In this document: positions 40,296-50,007 of the stretch, piece after piece
Position numbering within the stretch: the first letter of the stretch is position 1
Layout of the letters: each line of letters starts with the position of its first letter
Source of the DNA: an uncultured delta proteobacterium
GTDB lineage: Bacteria > Myxococcota > Myxococcia > Myxococcales > Myxococcaceae
DNA: 64,000 bases
Assembly: GCA_963713045.1 (NCBI GenBank)
Contig: CAVQKE010000001.1
Coordinates: 608,001 to 672,000 of the forward strand
Direction: 5' to 3'
Translations under genes and position numbers: made by a program
The notes under the pieces: generated by a model
Seen by the model: the letters and a program-made list of their open reading frames with translations, nothing else
What the model was told of the DNA's origin: nothing
Database searches by the model: none

Positions 40296-40355
40296 GAGAC
40301 TCCATTGTGTAAGGCGCAACCCGCAAGGGCGCAAGGGACGGGCACTGCCGGGCCT

Positions 40356-41114
40356 TCAGCGGGCGAGCAGCACGCCGAGATTCTCCCGCTCCCAGCGCAA
40401 GGCGGCGCGGTAGAAGGGAAACGACTTCTCCCGGTCACGGAAGGCGCGCGGGTGGTGCATCCGGCGTCCCGGGCCGTGGGAGCTGGGAAACACCTGGTGC
40501 AGCATCTCGTGGAAGACGATGAACTCGACGAAGAAGCGCGGCACCGCAGGCTGGTCAAGCGCAGGGTGAAGCCGGATTTCTCGCGTCTGATGGTCATAGA
40601 CACCGAGTCGGATGGACTTGCGTCGGCGCCGGGCGGAGCTGCGTCCCCAGCCAATGGTGGCGCGCACCCCGCCTTTAAAATGCAAGTCATTGAGCTGATG
40701 GAAAATCTCGCTCAGGTCATAGGTCCGGCCGAGCGGGGAGAGAATCTCGTCGCCGGCGTCTCGGTGTTGGCGGATGCGGGGCTGCTCCCGCCGGACAAAG
40801 TCGTCGAGAAGCCGGCCCGCCCGCCGATGCCCACGACCGGCGTAGTCGGCGACGGCCCGCACCACCGGTGCCGGTGCATCCAGAAACATGTGGTGCAGCC
40901 GGAGCCGGAGTGCTGCCGGAGCGCGGCGAAAGCTCACCATGGTGCTGCGGTTGTCGGTCACGGAAAGCCTGACCGGCACACCCAACTCAGCCGACAGGGA
41001 CTGCGCCAAGGCGGCCGCCTTCTCGAGAAGCACCTCTCGCGCCGGCAAACGGCGCGTGCCCGCCGTTTCGGGCACGAGCAGCAACAGCTGGCGTGGGGAG
41101 GTATCGGAAGCCAC
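40356..41114 (-). CDS. SprT-like zinc metalloprotease domain protein
   Basis: LRLHHMF, HEMLH motif, H...F; start uncertain. Confidence 0.75.
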   Translation of the reverse strand: MASDTSPRQLLLLVPETAGTRRLPAREVLLEKAAALAQSLSAELGVPVRLSVTDNRSTMVSFRRAPAALRLRLHHMFLDAPAPVVRAVADYAGRGHRRAGRLLDDFVRREQPRIRQHRDAGDEILSPLGRTYDLSEIFHQLNDLHFKGGVRATIGWGRSSARRRRKSIRLGVYDHQTREIRLHPALDQPAVPRFFVEFIVFHEMLHQVFPSSHGPGRRMHHPRAFRDREKSFPFYRAALRWERENLGVLLAR

Positions 41115-41149
41115 TCTGTGGGCAAATCCTAGCCCGACCGCGGCTCGAC

Positions 41150-41749
41150 TCAAGCTGTGCGACGCCCCGGGCGGAGTGGCTCGGCACCGTGGGCACGGAC
41201 TTCGGCGCGCAGGCGCCTTCGCAGTGCTTCGAGCGACTGCGCGTCCTGCCCAAACGCGCGCAGCAACGCTCCACGCCCATCCGCCTCCTCCACTGCCAGG
41301 CACCTCGGTTCTCCCGAGGCCAGGGCCCGTTCCACCGATGCGTCTCGCTCCACCGCCAGCGCCCAATCCGCTGTGTCGGTGGGCTCAAATGGGTAGAGCA
41401 TGCAGGCGGTTGGCCGAACGCTTGGGGGGAGGCTGCACCCCGTGCGCCGGTCCAGGAAGACGCAGGCACCCTGGCTGCGGGCAAGCGTCAGCCGCACCAT
41501 CCCTTGTCGAAAGTAGCCTCGCCAGCCCGGCCGAAGGCTTTCATAAGCTCGCGCCTCTGCCTCGCTGAAGACCTCTTGCTGCAGGAAGGCGGTGCGCGCG
41601 AGGTGGGTGGCAGTCTGGATGCGCGCCACATCGGCCCAAGTCAGCGTCGCCAGCGACTCGTCGTCGGCCGCCTCACAGCAGGAGCGGCCGAGGCGCGCGG
41701 CGCACCGGGAGCAGGCCGAGGCGCCCGCACCGGTCAGCGGCACCCTCAC
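41150..41749 (-). CDS. YkgJ-like cysteine-cluster protein
   Basis: CSRC...SCC, CVFL...GCSL....RP..C.LYPF, RC. Confidence 0.85.
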   Translation of the reverse strand: MRVPLTGAGASACSRCAARLGRSCCEAADDESLATLTWADVARIQTATHLARTAFLQQEVFSEAEARAYESLRPGWRGYFRQGMVRLTLARSQGACVFLDRRTGCSLPPSVRPTACMLYPFEPTDTADWALAVERDASVERALASGEPRCLAVEEADGRGALLRAFGQDAQSLEALRRRLRAEVRAHGAEPLRPGRRTA

Positions 41750-43140
41750 ATCTCCTCCCGAGACGCGAGCAGGCGCTCCAGCCGTTCCGGTTCGGGCCGC
41801 ACCAGAAACGTCTTCTCGCGCGAATAGCTCACCGCTCCCGGTGCTCCCCCCTTCACCCGCCGGACGAATTTTGCCCGGGTGTAGCTCACCTCGCCCGGTT
41901 GCCCGTCCGCACCTCGAGCGTGGTGCAGCGCCAGGTGGGCCGCATCCAACAGCGTCTCCTGTGGCACGTCGCCGCCGCGTGCCAGCGGAATCAAGACGTG
42001 GGCGCCTGGAACGCCGCGGGCGTGGAGCCAGAGGTCATTGGGGCGCGCGACCCCGAAGGTGAGGGCATCGTTGTCGCGGCCGGCACGACCGACCAGAATG
42101 CGCTCCCCTGAGCGCCCGTGAAACACCCGGTAGGGCTGGTGCGTGCGTGGAGCCTTGCGCGTCGGTGCCGGCTTCGCCGTCTCCAGCTCCGCCAGTAGCT
42201 GCGCATCGGGCACTTGGCGGGCGGCGGCCAATTCCGCCTCGGCGGCTCTGAGCTCAGCCTCCAACTCTGTCAACCGCGCGCCGGCCCGGGCGCTGCCGCG
42301 GCTCAGCCGGCGGTAGCGTTGAAAGTGCCGCTCGGCCTGCGCCCGCGCGTCCAGCCCTTCTTCCAGGGGCACCAGCACCGGTCGCGCTCCTTCAGCGCTG
42401 TACTCGGTCAGCGTCACCTGCTTCGCGCCGCGGGCCACCCGGGAAGCGTTCTGGCGAAGCAACTCGCCGAAGCGCCGGTGCTGTTCGGCAGCGTCTGTCC
42501 GGTTGGCCTCGGAGCGGACCTTCTCGACGGTTCGCCGCAGGCGCTCGACGCGCGTCCGCAGTGGCTGCACCCACTGGCGGCGCCGGGCCGCTGCGCGGAG
42601 GCTGGCCTCCTTCTGGGAGAAGAGAGCCTCGACGGCCAAGCCCAATTCGACGCCATCCGTCGTCTCGGGAAGTCGGGAGGGTGGCTCGCTCTCCGGTTGG
42701 GCGGTCGGCGGTCGAGGTGACCGCGGCCCTTCTCCGGAAGCGGCGAGCGGGCGCCGACCTTCCCCAAGCAGAAGCAGCGCCCCTGGGGGGCCCGCTTCGA
42801 GGACGAGAATTCGGGAATGGCTTGCCCGCACAAACCCGAGCTCCACTTCCCGGGCGCCGGTTTGCTGAAGTGCGTTCAGCCGCGAGCCGACCAACTCCTT
42901 GCGAAGCCGAAGGAGGAAGGGCGAAGGCGCGCGGGCGGCGGGGGTGCGGGCGCTGGCCACGCTGAGACGGGCCCCTTCAGGCTCGGCGCACAGCAAAAGA
43001 CGCACCGTGCGTCCGGGGCGACGCAACTCAAACTCCGCGCGCAGCGGCGCAGCGCTGCTAATTTTTTGGACCACCGCGCCCGTCAGCGCCTCGCGAAGTG
43101 CGGCGGTGACGGCGGCGAACTCGGCCGGGCGCAGCGACAT
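41746..43140 (-). CDS. NFACT/RqcH (FbpA-like) family protein
   Basis: N-terminal F...LRK.L.G, coiled coil, C-terminal VGR...DND.LT...DLWLHA...PGAHV NFACT-R domain. Confidence 0.9.
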   Translation of the reverse strand: MSLRPAEFAAVTAALREALTGAVVQKISSAAPLRAEFELRRPGRTVRLLLCAEPEGARLSVASARTPAARAPSPFLLRLRKELVGSRLNALQQTGAREVELGFVRASHSRILVLEAGPPGALLLLGEGRRPLAASGEGPRSPRPPTAQPESEPPSRLPETTDGVELGLAVEALFSQKEASLRAAARRRQWVQPLRTRVERLRRTVEKVRSEANRTDAAEQHRRFGELLRQNASRVARGAKQVTLTEYSAEGARPVLVPLEEGLDARAQAERHFQRYRRLSRGSARAGARLTELEAELRAAEAELAAARQVPDAQLLAELETAKPAPTRKAPRTHQPYRVFHGRSGERILVGRAGRDNDALTFGVARPNDLWLHARGVPGAHVLIPLARGGDVPQETLLDAAHLALHHARGADGQPGEVSYTRAKFVRRVKGGAPGAVSYSREKTFLVRPEPERLERLLASREEM

Positions 43141-43163
43141 GTGCGTCTCATCCTGGTGGACAG

Positions 43164-43200
43164 AAAAACGGCCCGGGCCTCCTTCGGGCCCTGGGCCGTG
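43164..43200 (-). terminator. intrinsic terminator of the small basic peptide gene
   Basis: ACGGCCC(A)GGGCC...GGCCC GGGCCGT followed by TTTT on the minus strand. Confidence 0.75.
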
Positions 43201-43233
43201 TCATCCACCCCTGAGCGAGACGGAGGGGGACCG

Positions 43234-43320
43234 CTACTTCCTCGACCTCCGCGTCGTCTTCCTCTTCGTCTTCCGGGCGGCGGGCTTCTTCTTTGCGGTC
43301 TTCCTCTTTTTCGCTGCCAT
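43234..43320 (-). CDS. 28-aa Lys/Arg-rich (histone H1/protamine-like) peptide
   Basis: MAAKKRKTAKKKPAARKTKRKTTRRSRK*, GGAGG RBS, own promoter and terminator. Confidence 0.8.
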   Translation of the reverse strand: MAAKKRKTAKKKPAARKTKRKTTRRSRK

Positions 43321-43350
43321 CGCGTCCCTCCGGTTGAATTGCAATGTGTG

Positions 43351-43379
43351 ATGCTAGTGACGGTCTTGCGACGTGTCAA
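43351..43379 (-). promoter_or_regulatory. sigma70-type promoter
   Basis: TTGACA-N17-TAGCAT upstream of the basic peptide gene. Confidence 0.75.
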
Positions 43380-43420
43380 CGAACGGCGCGTTCACGCTAG
43401 GGTCTCACGTCCACCGAAGA

Positions 43421-44773
43421 ATGCACGCCAGCCAGCTCATCTTTCCCCCTGACTTCGTTTTCGGCGTTGCCACGGCCGCCTACCAGGTGGAAGGCAACAT
43501 CGAGAATGACTGGAGTCACTGGGAACGCTCGCAATCGCTGCTGCATTCTGCCGGTGCGGGCGTCGACCACTGGAATCGCTATCAAGCCGACTACCAGCTG
43601 GCGCGCGACGTGGGGGCCGGCGCGTTCCGCATCAGCCTGGAGTGGGCGCGCATCGAGCCGGAACGCGGCCGCTTCGACGACGCCGCACTCGACGCTTACC
43701 GCACCAGACTCCTCGCGATGCGCGCCGTCGGTTTGAATCCGGTGGTGACGTTGCACCACTTTACCCACCCCCGATGGTTCCACGCCGAGACGCCTTGGCA
43801 CAGCCCGGAAAGCGTCAACGCCTTTCGCAATTACGCCCGTGCTTGCGCTGCGGTGTTGAAGGGCTTGGACGCGCTGGTGCTCACCTTCAATGAGCCGGTG
43901 GTCCTGATGCTGGGCGGGTATGTGCGCGGCGTCATCCCCCCGGGGCTGACCGAACCGAATCTGGCCCTGCCGGCGCTGGCCAACATGGCCCGAGCCCACG
44001 TTGCGGCGCGGGAGGAGCTGCACCTGGCCATTGGGCCGGTGCCGGTGGGCACCAGTCAGAACATGCTGGCGTTTACCGCCGACCGCAGCTGGCACCCGTT
44101 GGACCATGCCTTGGTGCGCCTCACCGACGCCGCCTACAACCATGCATTTCTGGAAGCGCTGTGCACCGGCACCCTCCGCGTGCGAATGCCCGGGCTCTTC
44201 AACACGCACACCGAAATTGCCAACGGCCGCAACAGTCTCGACTTCGTGGGCGTCAACTATTACACGCGCGCCCACCTGCGCTTCGTCTCAAGGAAGCCGT
44301 TCTTCGAATTTCACTACCGAGACCCATTGCGCCGCGGGCTGACGGACATCGGCTGGGAGCAATACCCAGAGGGCTTCGGACAGACGCTGCAGGCCGTGCG
44401 CCGCTACGGCTTACCCATTTGGATTACGGAGAATGGCATCGACGACCGCCGGGGGGACCGCCGGTCGGCCTACCTTCACAGCCATTGGCAGGCGCTGCTG
44501 GCGGCCCTTGCCTCCGGTGTGGATGTGCGCGGCTACCTTTATTGGTCGCTCCTCGACAACTTCGAATGGCTCGAAGGATGGGGGCCTCGCTTCGGGCTGT
44601 ACCGCGTGGACTTCCAGACGCTGCAGCGCACCCGCACCGCCGCCTGTGACTACTTTCGCGACACGGCCCTCAGCCGGGTGCTGCATCCGCCCCCGCCGTC
44701 ACCGCCCCGCCCCAGTGCCGAGACGGAGATGACGTCGGTTGGCGCTCGGGCCCCGGGGACGGCCACCGGTTAG
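43421..44773 (+). CDS. glycoside hydrolase family 1 (beta-glucosidase)
   Basis: FGVATAAYQVEG, TLHHF, TFNEP, NYYT, ITENG, WSLLDNFEW. Confidence 0.95.
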   Translation: MHASQLIFPPDFVFGVATAAYQVEGNIENDWSHWERSQSLLHSAGAGVDHWNRYQADYQLARDVGAGAFRISLEWARIEPERGRFDDAALDAYRTRLLAMRAVGLNPVVTLHHFTHPRWFHAETPWHSPESVNAFRNYARACAAVLKGLDALVLTFNEPVVLMLGGYVRGVIPPGLTEPNLALPALANMARAHVAAREELHLAIGPVPVGTSQNMLAFTADRSWHPLDHALVRLTDAAYNHAFLEALCTGTLRVRMPGLFNTHTEIANGRNSLDFVGVNYYTRAHLRFVSRKPFFEFHYRDPLRRGLTDIGWEQYPEGFGQTLQAVRRYGLPIWITENGIDDRRGDRRSAYLHSHWQALLAALASGVDVRGYLYWSLLDNFEWLEGWGPRFGLYRVDFQTLQRTRTAACDYFRDTALSRVLHPPPPSPPRPSAETEMTSVGARAPGTATG

Positions 44774-44779
44774 CCACTG

Positions 44780-45024
44780 CCTTGGCTGCCCGTCTCGCCA
44801 GCCATGGCCGGCCTCCTCTCCAGCTGTTGCGGCTTGGGGCGCACCGAAGACGTCCTTGTTGGGGGACTCTCTTTTGCCAACATCCGTCTCCCAGCTGACA
44901 CCGGGCGATGCCGCAGCGGTGTGGTTTCGTCGTGGCGCCGAGGGCTTCTCCAGTCCCTGGCGCCTCTGTCTTACAAAGGCGCCCCTGGGGCCTCGACTGG
45001 CCGGCAGGCGAGGGTGCGGCAAGG
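44780..45024. ncRNA. candidate structured non-coding RNA (family unknown)
   Basis: Intergenic; ends pair with each other and enclose at least five internal helices (see findings). Confidence 0.35.
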
Positions 45025-45111
45025 TGTCGCGCCCCTCCCCGGAAGGGGCGGGTTACGCTACAAGCTGCTTTTGTGAGGGGCATCCCCGCGTCCAAAGCAG
45101 GCGTCTTGGGC

Positions 45112-45759
45112 ATGGCGTTGGCAGCCTGGCTGCTGCCCGCTGCGGGCCTCGCCGCGGATGGAGGGGCGCGAGCCACCGACCCCGGGCTGGACCTCGGTCT
45201 TGAGCAGCGGACGTCCCGGGCGCCAGACGGAGCCTGGGACTGGGCGGTGGACGGCAGCGCGGTGCTCCCCGTCGTCGACGTCGCCACCCAGTTTCGCCTC
45301 GGTCTGCGCCTCACCGACGTTGGCCGGGTTGAGCACTTGTCGGCGCGTTGGGGGCTCGGGCCGAAGGGCTGGACGGCGGCCCAGGCCCTCTTTTGGAGCG
45401 GCCGGATGGACCGCAGTGCCACCGACCAAGTGGCCATCACCTTTGCCGGCGGCGTCCGCCTCGACGCCCTCGCGGAGGGCCTTGGCCTTCCGCGCACCTC
45501 CTGGGTGGAGCTTGGCCTGCAGAGCCGGACGCTGGCCGATGCCTCGGGGCGGACGCGACTGTCCTCGACGCTGGTGCTGTCGCTGGACTTTGACCTCCTC
45601 GCCAACGTCCCAGAGGGTCGTCCCCAGCGGCCGTCCTCCGGCTTTCGCATCCGCGCCAGCGCAGCGCTCGGCAATGACCCGGGCTGCAACCTGGGGACGC
45701 CGACCGTTCTCTTCTTCAGCGGTCGGTGCCTGTCCCTGGCCTTGGCGTTGGAGTTTTAG
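45112..45759 (+). CDS. hypothetical exported protein
   Basis: Signal-peptide-like N-terminus, beta-strand pattern, C-terminal Phe. Confidence 0.55.
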   Translation: MALAAWLLPAAGLAADGGARATDPGLDLGLEQRTSRAPDGAWDWAVDGSAVLPVVDVATQFRLGLRLTDVGRVEHLSARWGLGPKGWTAAQALFWSGRMDRSATDQVAITFAGGVRLDALAEGLGLPRTSWVELGLQSRTLADASGRTRLSSTLVLSLDFDLLANVPEGRPQRPSSGFRIRASAALGNDPGCNLGTPTVLFFSGRCLSLALALEF

Positions 45760-45798
45760 CGCCTGGCCTGGGGGAGGCGGCGCACCCACGTGCCCGCC

Positions 45799-46812
45799 TC
45801 AACCGAGCGCCGAGCGGTAGTCGACCTCCTGCTCTTCGGCGGCTGAACCGTCCCCCACCGCCTGGCAGAAGAAACGGTGCACGGCGGCCTGGACAGCCGC
45901 CAGGTCGGCAAGTTGATTCACTTCGGAGCGGAAGGCCGCCGCACCGTGCAGGCCATGCGAGTACCAGCCCAGGTGCTTGCGGAAGCTGCGGACCGCGGCC
46001 AGCGGCTCGCCCACAAACGCGACGTGGGCCGAGAGGTGGCTGGCCACCACTTCGCGCCGCTCCCCCGGGCCGGGCGAGGGTCCTCCAAGAATTTCTCTGA
46101 AAATCCACGGGTTCCCCAGAGCTCCCCGTCCCACCATCACCAGGTCGCAGCCGGTGCTCTCCAACATCCGGCGCGCATCGGCGGGCGCCTTCACATCGCC
46201 GTTGCCAACAATGGCCATTCGTCGGCGGTGGCGGACCAGTTCCGCAATGACGCTCCAGTCCGCAGCTCCGGCATAGCCTTGGGCGCGGGTGCGCGGATGG
46301 ACGGCCAGTGCAATGCAGCCGGCGTCTTCCAGGTGCTCGGCCATTTCCAGGTAATTGCGGTGGTGCGCATCCCAGCCGCTGCGAATTTTCGCACTCACCG
46401 GCAGTCCGGTGGCGGCATGGATGGCGCGGATGATGGCTGCGGCGCGGGGCGGCTCGCACAGCAGCGCCGAACCCGCTCCATTGCGCGTCACCTTCTTCAC
46501 CGGACAGCCCATGTTGACGTCGATGGCCTCGGCTCCCCATTGCTTGGCCACCACCGCGGCCTGAGCCATGGATTCGGCATCCCCGCCGAAGACTTGCACC
46601 GAGTAGGGGTGTTCCACTGCGGCGTCATGCCGGAGGTAGCGCAGCGTGCGGGCGCTGGCGCGCAGCAGCCCTTGGGCACTCACCAGCTCGGTGGTGCACA
46701 GCGCGGCCCCCAACCGAAAGGCCAGCACGCGAAAGGGCTGCTCGCTGACCCCGGCCATCGGGGCCAGCACGTAGGGATGGGGCAGCCGGTAGGGGCCGTA
46801 GGCGACGGACAT
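45799..46812 (-). CDS. dusB: tRNA-dihydrouridine synthase
   Basis: LAPMAGVS, IDVNMGCPVKKV, GAGSALL, KIRSGW, VHPRT, GNGDV, MVGRG..GNPW. Confidence 0.93.
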   Translation of the reverse strand: MSVAYGPYRLPHPYVLAPMAGVSEQPFRVLAFRLGAALCTTELVSAQGLLRASARTLRYLRHDAAVEHPYSVQVFGGDAESMAQAAVVAKQWGAEAIDVNMGCPVKKVTRNGAGSALLCEPPRAAAIIRAIHAATGLPVSAKIRSGWDAHHRNYLEMAEHLEDAGCIALAVHPRTRAQGYAGAADWSVIAELVRHRRRMAIVGNGDVKAPADARRMLESTGCDLVMVGRGALGNPWIFREILGGPSPGPGERREVVASHLSAHVAFVGEPLAAVRSFRKHLGWYSHGLHGAAAFRSEVNQLADLAAVQAAVHRFFCQAVGDGSAAEEQEVDYRSALG

Positions 46813-46887
46813 AGCGCGGGCCGACTGCCTACCATGGAGGGCCAGGGTTCCAGAGGCGCGGCCGTCCCCTGGGAGTAGAGTCCTCCC

Positions 46888-48291
46888 ATGTTGCGCTTTC
46901 GGCTCGGTCCGATTCCGGTGGAGGTGCACCCGAGCCACCTGCTCATCGCCGCCGCCTTCGGCTTTGGCAGCCTCGGGCAGGCCGCGGAGGACCCCACCAC
47001 CTGGCCGGGCCGGGTGCTTTCCAGCGGTGACAGCCTGGCGGTGACCGGCACCCAGGCAGCGGTGGTCGCCCTCTGGGTGGCCATCGTCTTTGTCTCGGTG
47101 CTGGTCCATGAACTGGGCCACGCGCTGGTGTCGCTCGCCTTTCACTACCAGCCCAGCATCCAGCTGGTCGCTCTCGGAGGCCTCACCAAGCCCAATGCGC
47201 CGGGGCCCATCCCTTGGAACCGGGAGGTGCTGCTCACCCTGGCCGGACCCCTGATGGGCGCAGCCTTTGGGGCCCTCTGCCTGTTGGGCCTCGGCACCAT
47301 CGGCCCCTTCTCCGACGTGGCCGCCTATGCGCTGCAGCGTGCGGCCTGGGCGAACTTTCTGTGGGCCGTCTTCAACCTGTTGCCGGTGCTGCCGCTGGAC
47401 GGAGGACGCATTTCGGCGGCCGTGCTGACCCGGGCCTTTGGCAAGCGCGGCTTGGCAGCCGCCCAGGTGCTGGCGATTGGTGTTTGCGCCGCGGTCATCT
47501 ACCGGTGGTGGCGCCAGGGCCCGCTGATGACGTTGCTCTTCGCTCTCTTCGGGCTGCAGGCGGTGCGCGGCCTGGCGGCGCTGGTTCGAGGCGAGGAGTC
47601 CATCCCGCAGTCCACGGAATTGCAGCAGACGGAGGCGCTCTTCCGCGAGGGCAAGCTGCAGGCAGCGCGAGAGCACGCCGAGGCGCTGTTGGCCGACAAG
47701 TCAAGCCCAGCACTGCAGTCGCGCGCGCACCACCTTCTTGGGTGGATAGCGCTCAAGCAGGGGGAAGGCCGCCGAGCGCTCTCCCATTTCAGCCAGGTGC
47801 AGGGCCGTGGCGTCGAGAAGCATGCGCTGGCCGCCGCCTTCAGTCTTTTCGGAGACGACGCTCGGGCGCTGCCGCTCTGGCAGCAGGCCTATGAAGCCTC
47901 CCGCGACTCCACCATTCTCCACGAATGGGCCGGAGCATTGTTGCGCGCTGGAGAGACGGACCGCGCAGCGCGACTGCCCGGGGTGGACCTGGGCAAAGCC
48001 TACGCCTGTGCCGAGCGCGTGGCTTTTCTGCGAGGCGACTTCACGCGCGCTGCCGAGCTGGGGTTAGCCGCACTCGACCGGCACCCTTCGGCCGAGGCCG
48101 CCTACGACGTGGCCTGCGCTCTCGCACGGGCCGGCGAGCTCGACCGCGCGGTGCTCGTCTTGGAGCGGGCGCGCGACCTCGGCTTCTCTGACGTCGCCTA
48201 TGCGCGCACCGATGCCGACCTCGCCGCCCTCCACGGCCATCCCGGCTTCGAGCGCTGGCTGGACGCGCTGGGAAAATCGGCATCCGCCTGA
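46888..48291 (+). CDS. site-2 protease (M50) with C-terminal TPRs
   Basis: HELGH, LAGP, NLLPVLPLDGG; TPR tail. Confidence 0.9.
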   Translation: MLRFRLGPIPVEVHPSHLLIAAAFGFGSLGQAAEDPTTWPGRVLSSGDSLAVTGTQAAVVALWVAIVFVSVLVHELGHALVSLAFHYQPSIQLVALGGLTKPNAPGPIPWNREVLLTLAGPLMGAAFGALCLLGLGTIGPFSDVAAYALQRAAWANFLWAVFNLLPVLPLDGGRISAAVLTRAFGKRGLAAAQVLAIGVCAAVIYRWWRQGPLMTLLFALFGLQAVRGLAALVRGEESIPQSTELQQTEALFREGKLQAAREHAEALLADKSSPALQSRAHHLLGWIALKQGEGRRALSHFSQVQGRGVEKHALAAAFSLFGDDARALPLWQQAYEASRDSTILHEWAGALLRAGETDRAARLPGVDLGKAYACAERVAFLRGDFTRAAELGLAALDRHPSAEAAYDVACALARAGELDRAVLVLERARDLGFSDVAYARTDADLAALHGHPGFERWLDALGKSASA

Positions 48292-48358
48292 CAGTGGCCT
48301 GACAGCCGGCCCATAGATGAGAGGGTGGCCGGACTCCCCGGCTCTACCCCCTGGGCCC

Positions 48359-49351
48359 ATGACCTCCACCGAAACCCCTGCCTTGCCCCACGACGAGCGC
48401 ATCAAGTGGGTCACGTCGTTGCCCTTCTTCGGCGTGCACGTCATGGCGCTGTTTGCCTTCGTGGTGCCCTTCAAGTGGCACTACGTCGCAGTGTGTGTCG
48501 GCTTGTATTACTTCCGGATGTGGGCGCTCACCACTGGCTACCACCGCTACTTCAGCCACCGCACCTTCAAGACCGGCCGTGTCTTCCAATTCGTCCTCGC
48601 CTTTTGCGCCTGCCTCTGCACGCAGAAGGGCCCACTGTGGTGGGCCGCTCACCACCGCCACCACCACCGCTACTCGGACCAAGAGCAGGACGTCCACTCC
48701 CCGTTGCAGCGCGGCTTCTGGTGGAGCCACGTCGGGTGGATTCTCTGCGACCGGTACGTGGAGACGCGCTACGACGCCATCAAGGACTTCGCCCAGTACC
48801 CCGAGCTGCGCTGGCTGAACCGCTGGTACATCGTCCCACCGGTGATGCTTGCTGTGGCCCTCTTCTTCATCGGGGGCTTCCCGTTGCTGGTGTGGGGCTT
48901 CTTCGTCAGCACCACCTTGCTTTGGCACGGCACTTTCACCATCAATTCGCTCAGCCACGTCTTTGGGCGCCGCCGCTTCAAGACGGCGGACACCAGTCGA
49001 AACAACTGGCTGTTGGCCCTCATCACCTGCGGCGAGGGGTGGCACAACAACCATCACTACCACCAGAACACCGCCAACCAGGGCTGGTTTTGGTGGGAGT
49101 TCGACCCAAGCTTCTACGTGTTGCGCGCCCTCAGCTGGGTCGGCCTGGTCTCTGACCTGCGCACTCCGTCCGATGCGGTGAGGTACGCCTACCTCCGCTA
49201 CACCGATGAAGAACGCGCCGAGTTGCGTGGAACCCCGGCCCTCTTCGGCAACGGCCGACGGGCGATGGTGCAAGCCGCCCGTCGGGCAGTCCAGCGCGCG
49301 GCGGAACTGCAGCTGTCCGCGCCCTCGACGGCGCCAGTCCTGCGGCGCTAA
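48359..49351 (+). CDS. acyl-CoA/fatty acid desaturase (delta-9 type)
   Basis: His boxes HRYFSH, HRHHH, GEGWHNNHH. Confidence 0.95.
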   Translation: MTSTETPALPHDERIKWVTSLPFFGVHVMALFAFVVPFKWHYVAVCVGLYYFRMWALTTGYHRYFSHRTFKTGRVFQFVLAFCACLCTQKGPLWWAAHHRHHHRYSDQEQDVHSPLQRGFWWSHVGWILCDRYVETRYDAIKDFAQYPELRWLNRWYIVPPVMLAVALFFIGGFPLLVWGFFVSTTLLWHGTFTINSLSHVFGRRRFKTADTSRNNWLLALITCGEGWHNNHHYHQNTANQGWFWWEFDPSFYVLRALSWVGLVSDLRTPSDAVRYAYLRYTDEERAELRGTPALFGNGRRAMVQAARRAVQRAAELQLSAPSTAPVLRR

Positions 49352-49428
49352 GGCCGGGGGGCACCGGCGACCAGGCTGCATCCCCGGGGTGGGCCGTTGG
49401 CGTTTTGACGTGCTAATGGCCCGTTCTG

Positions 49429-50007
49429 GTGAAACCCGGGACCCCCGTGCGGCGTACCGGAACCGAGGCCAATGCCGCGGAGCCGGATGAGATGCTGATG
49501 GCGCGCTTCCTCGGCGGTGACTCCGCCGCCTTCGACGCGCTCTTCGTCCGCCATGCGGGCCGGGTACACGCTTACCTGCGGAGGATGGTGGGCCCGGCGA
49601 CAGCGGACGACCTCACCCAGACGACGTTCCTGTCGATTGTCCGTTCCCGGGAACGCTTCCAACACGGAGCGCGCTTTCGGCCGTGGCTGTACGCCATCGC
49701 CGGCAACGCGGCGAGGGACTTCGTCCGCCGGGCGCGCTTTGAAAAACCCACCGAGGACGGGGAGACGCCGGAGCACGTGGCGGAGGGCCTCCCGTCGGAC
49801 CCGCTGTTGGAGCGTGCCGTCCAAAGGGCGCTGGCCCAGCTGCCCGTCCAGCAGCGCGAGGCAATTGTCTTGCACCGCTTCGAGGGCTTCTCCTTCGGGG
49901 AGATTGCCGAGACGCTGGGCCTGAGCGAGTCGGCCGTCAAAGTGCGGGCCCATCGAGGCTACGTCCGGCTACGCGAGCTGCTGGCCCACCTGGGAGAAGG
50001 GCCATGA
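49429..50007 (+). CDS. ECF RNA polymerase sigma factor
   Basis: ADDLTQTTFL, WLYAIAGN, L..LP..QRE...L, IAE.LG.S..AVKVR.HR. Confidence 0.93.
   Translation: MKPGTPVRRTGTEANAAEPDEMLMARFLGGDSAAFDALFVRHAGRVHAYLRRMVGPATADDLTQTTFLSIVRSRERFQHGARFRPWLYAIAGNAARDFVRRARFEKPTEDGETPEHVAEGLPSDPLLERAVQRALAQLPVQQREAIVLHRFEGFSFGEIAETLGLSESAVKVRAHRGYVRLRELLAHLGEGP

Noticed and set aside
45799..47676. 625-aa ORF suggesting an extended DusB
   Set aside because: The N-terminal half is the antisense shadow of the M50 protease; the real start is ATG 46812
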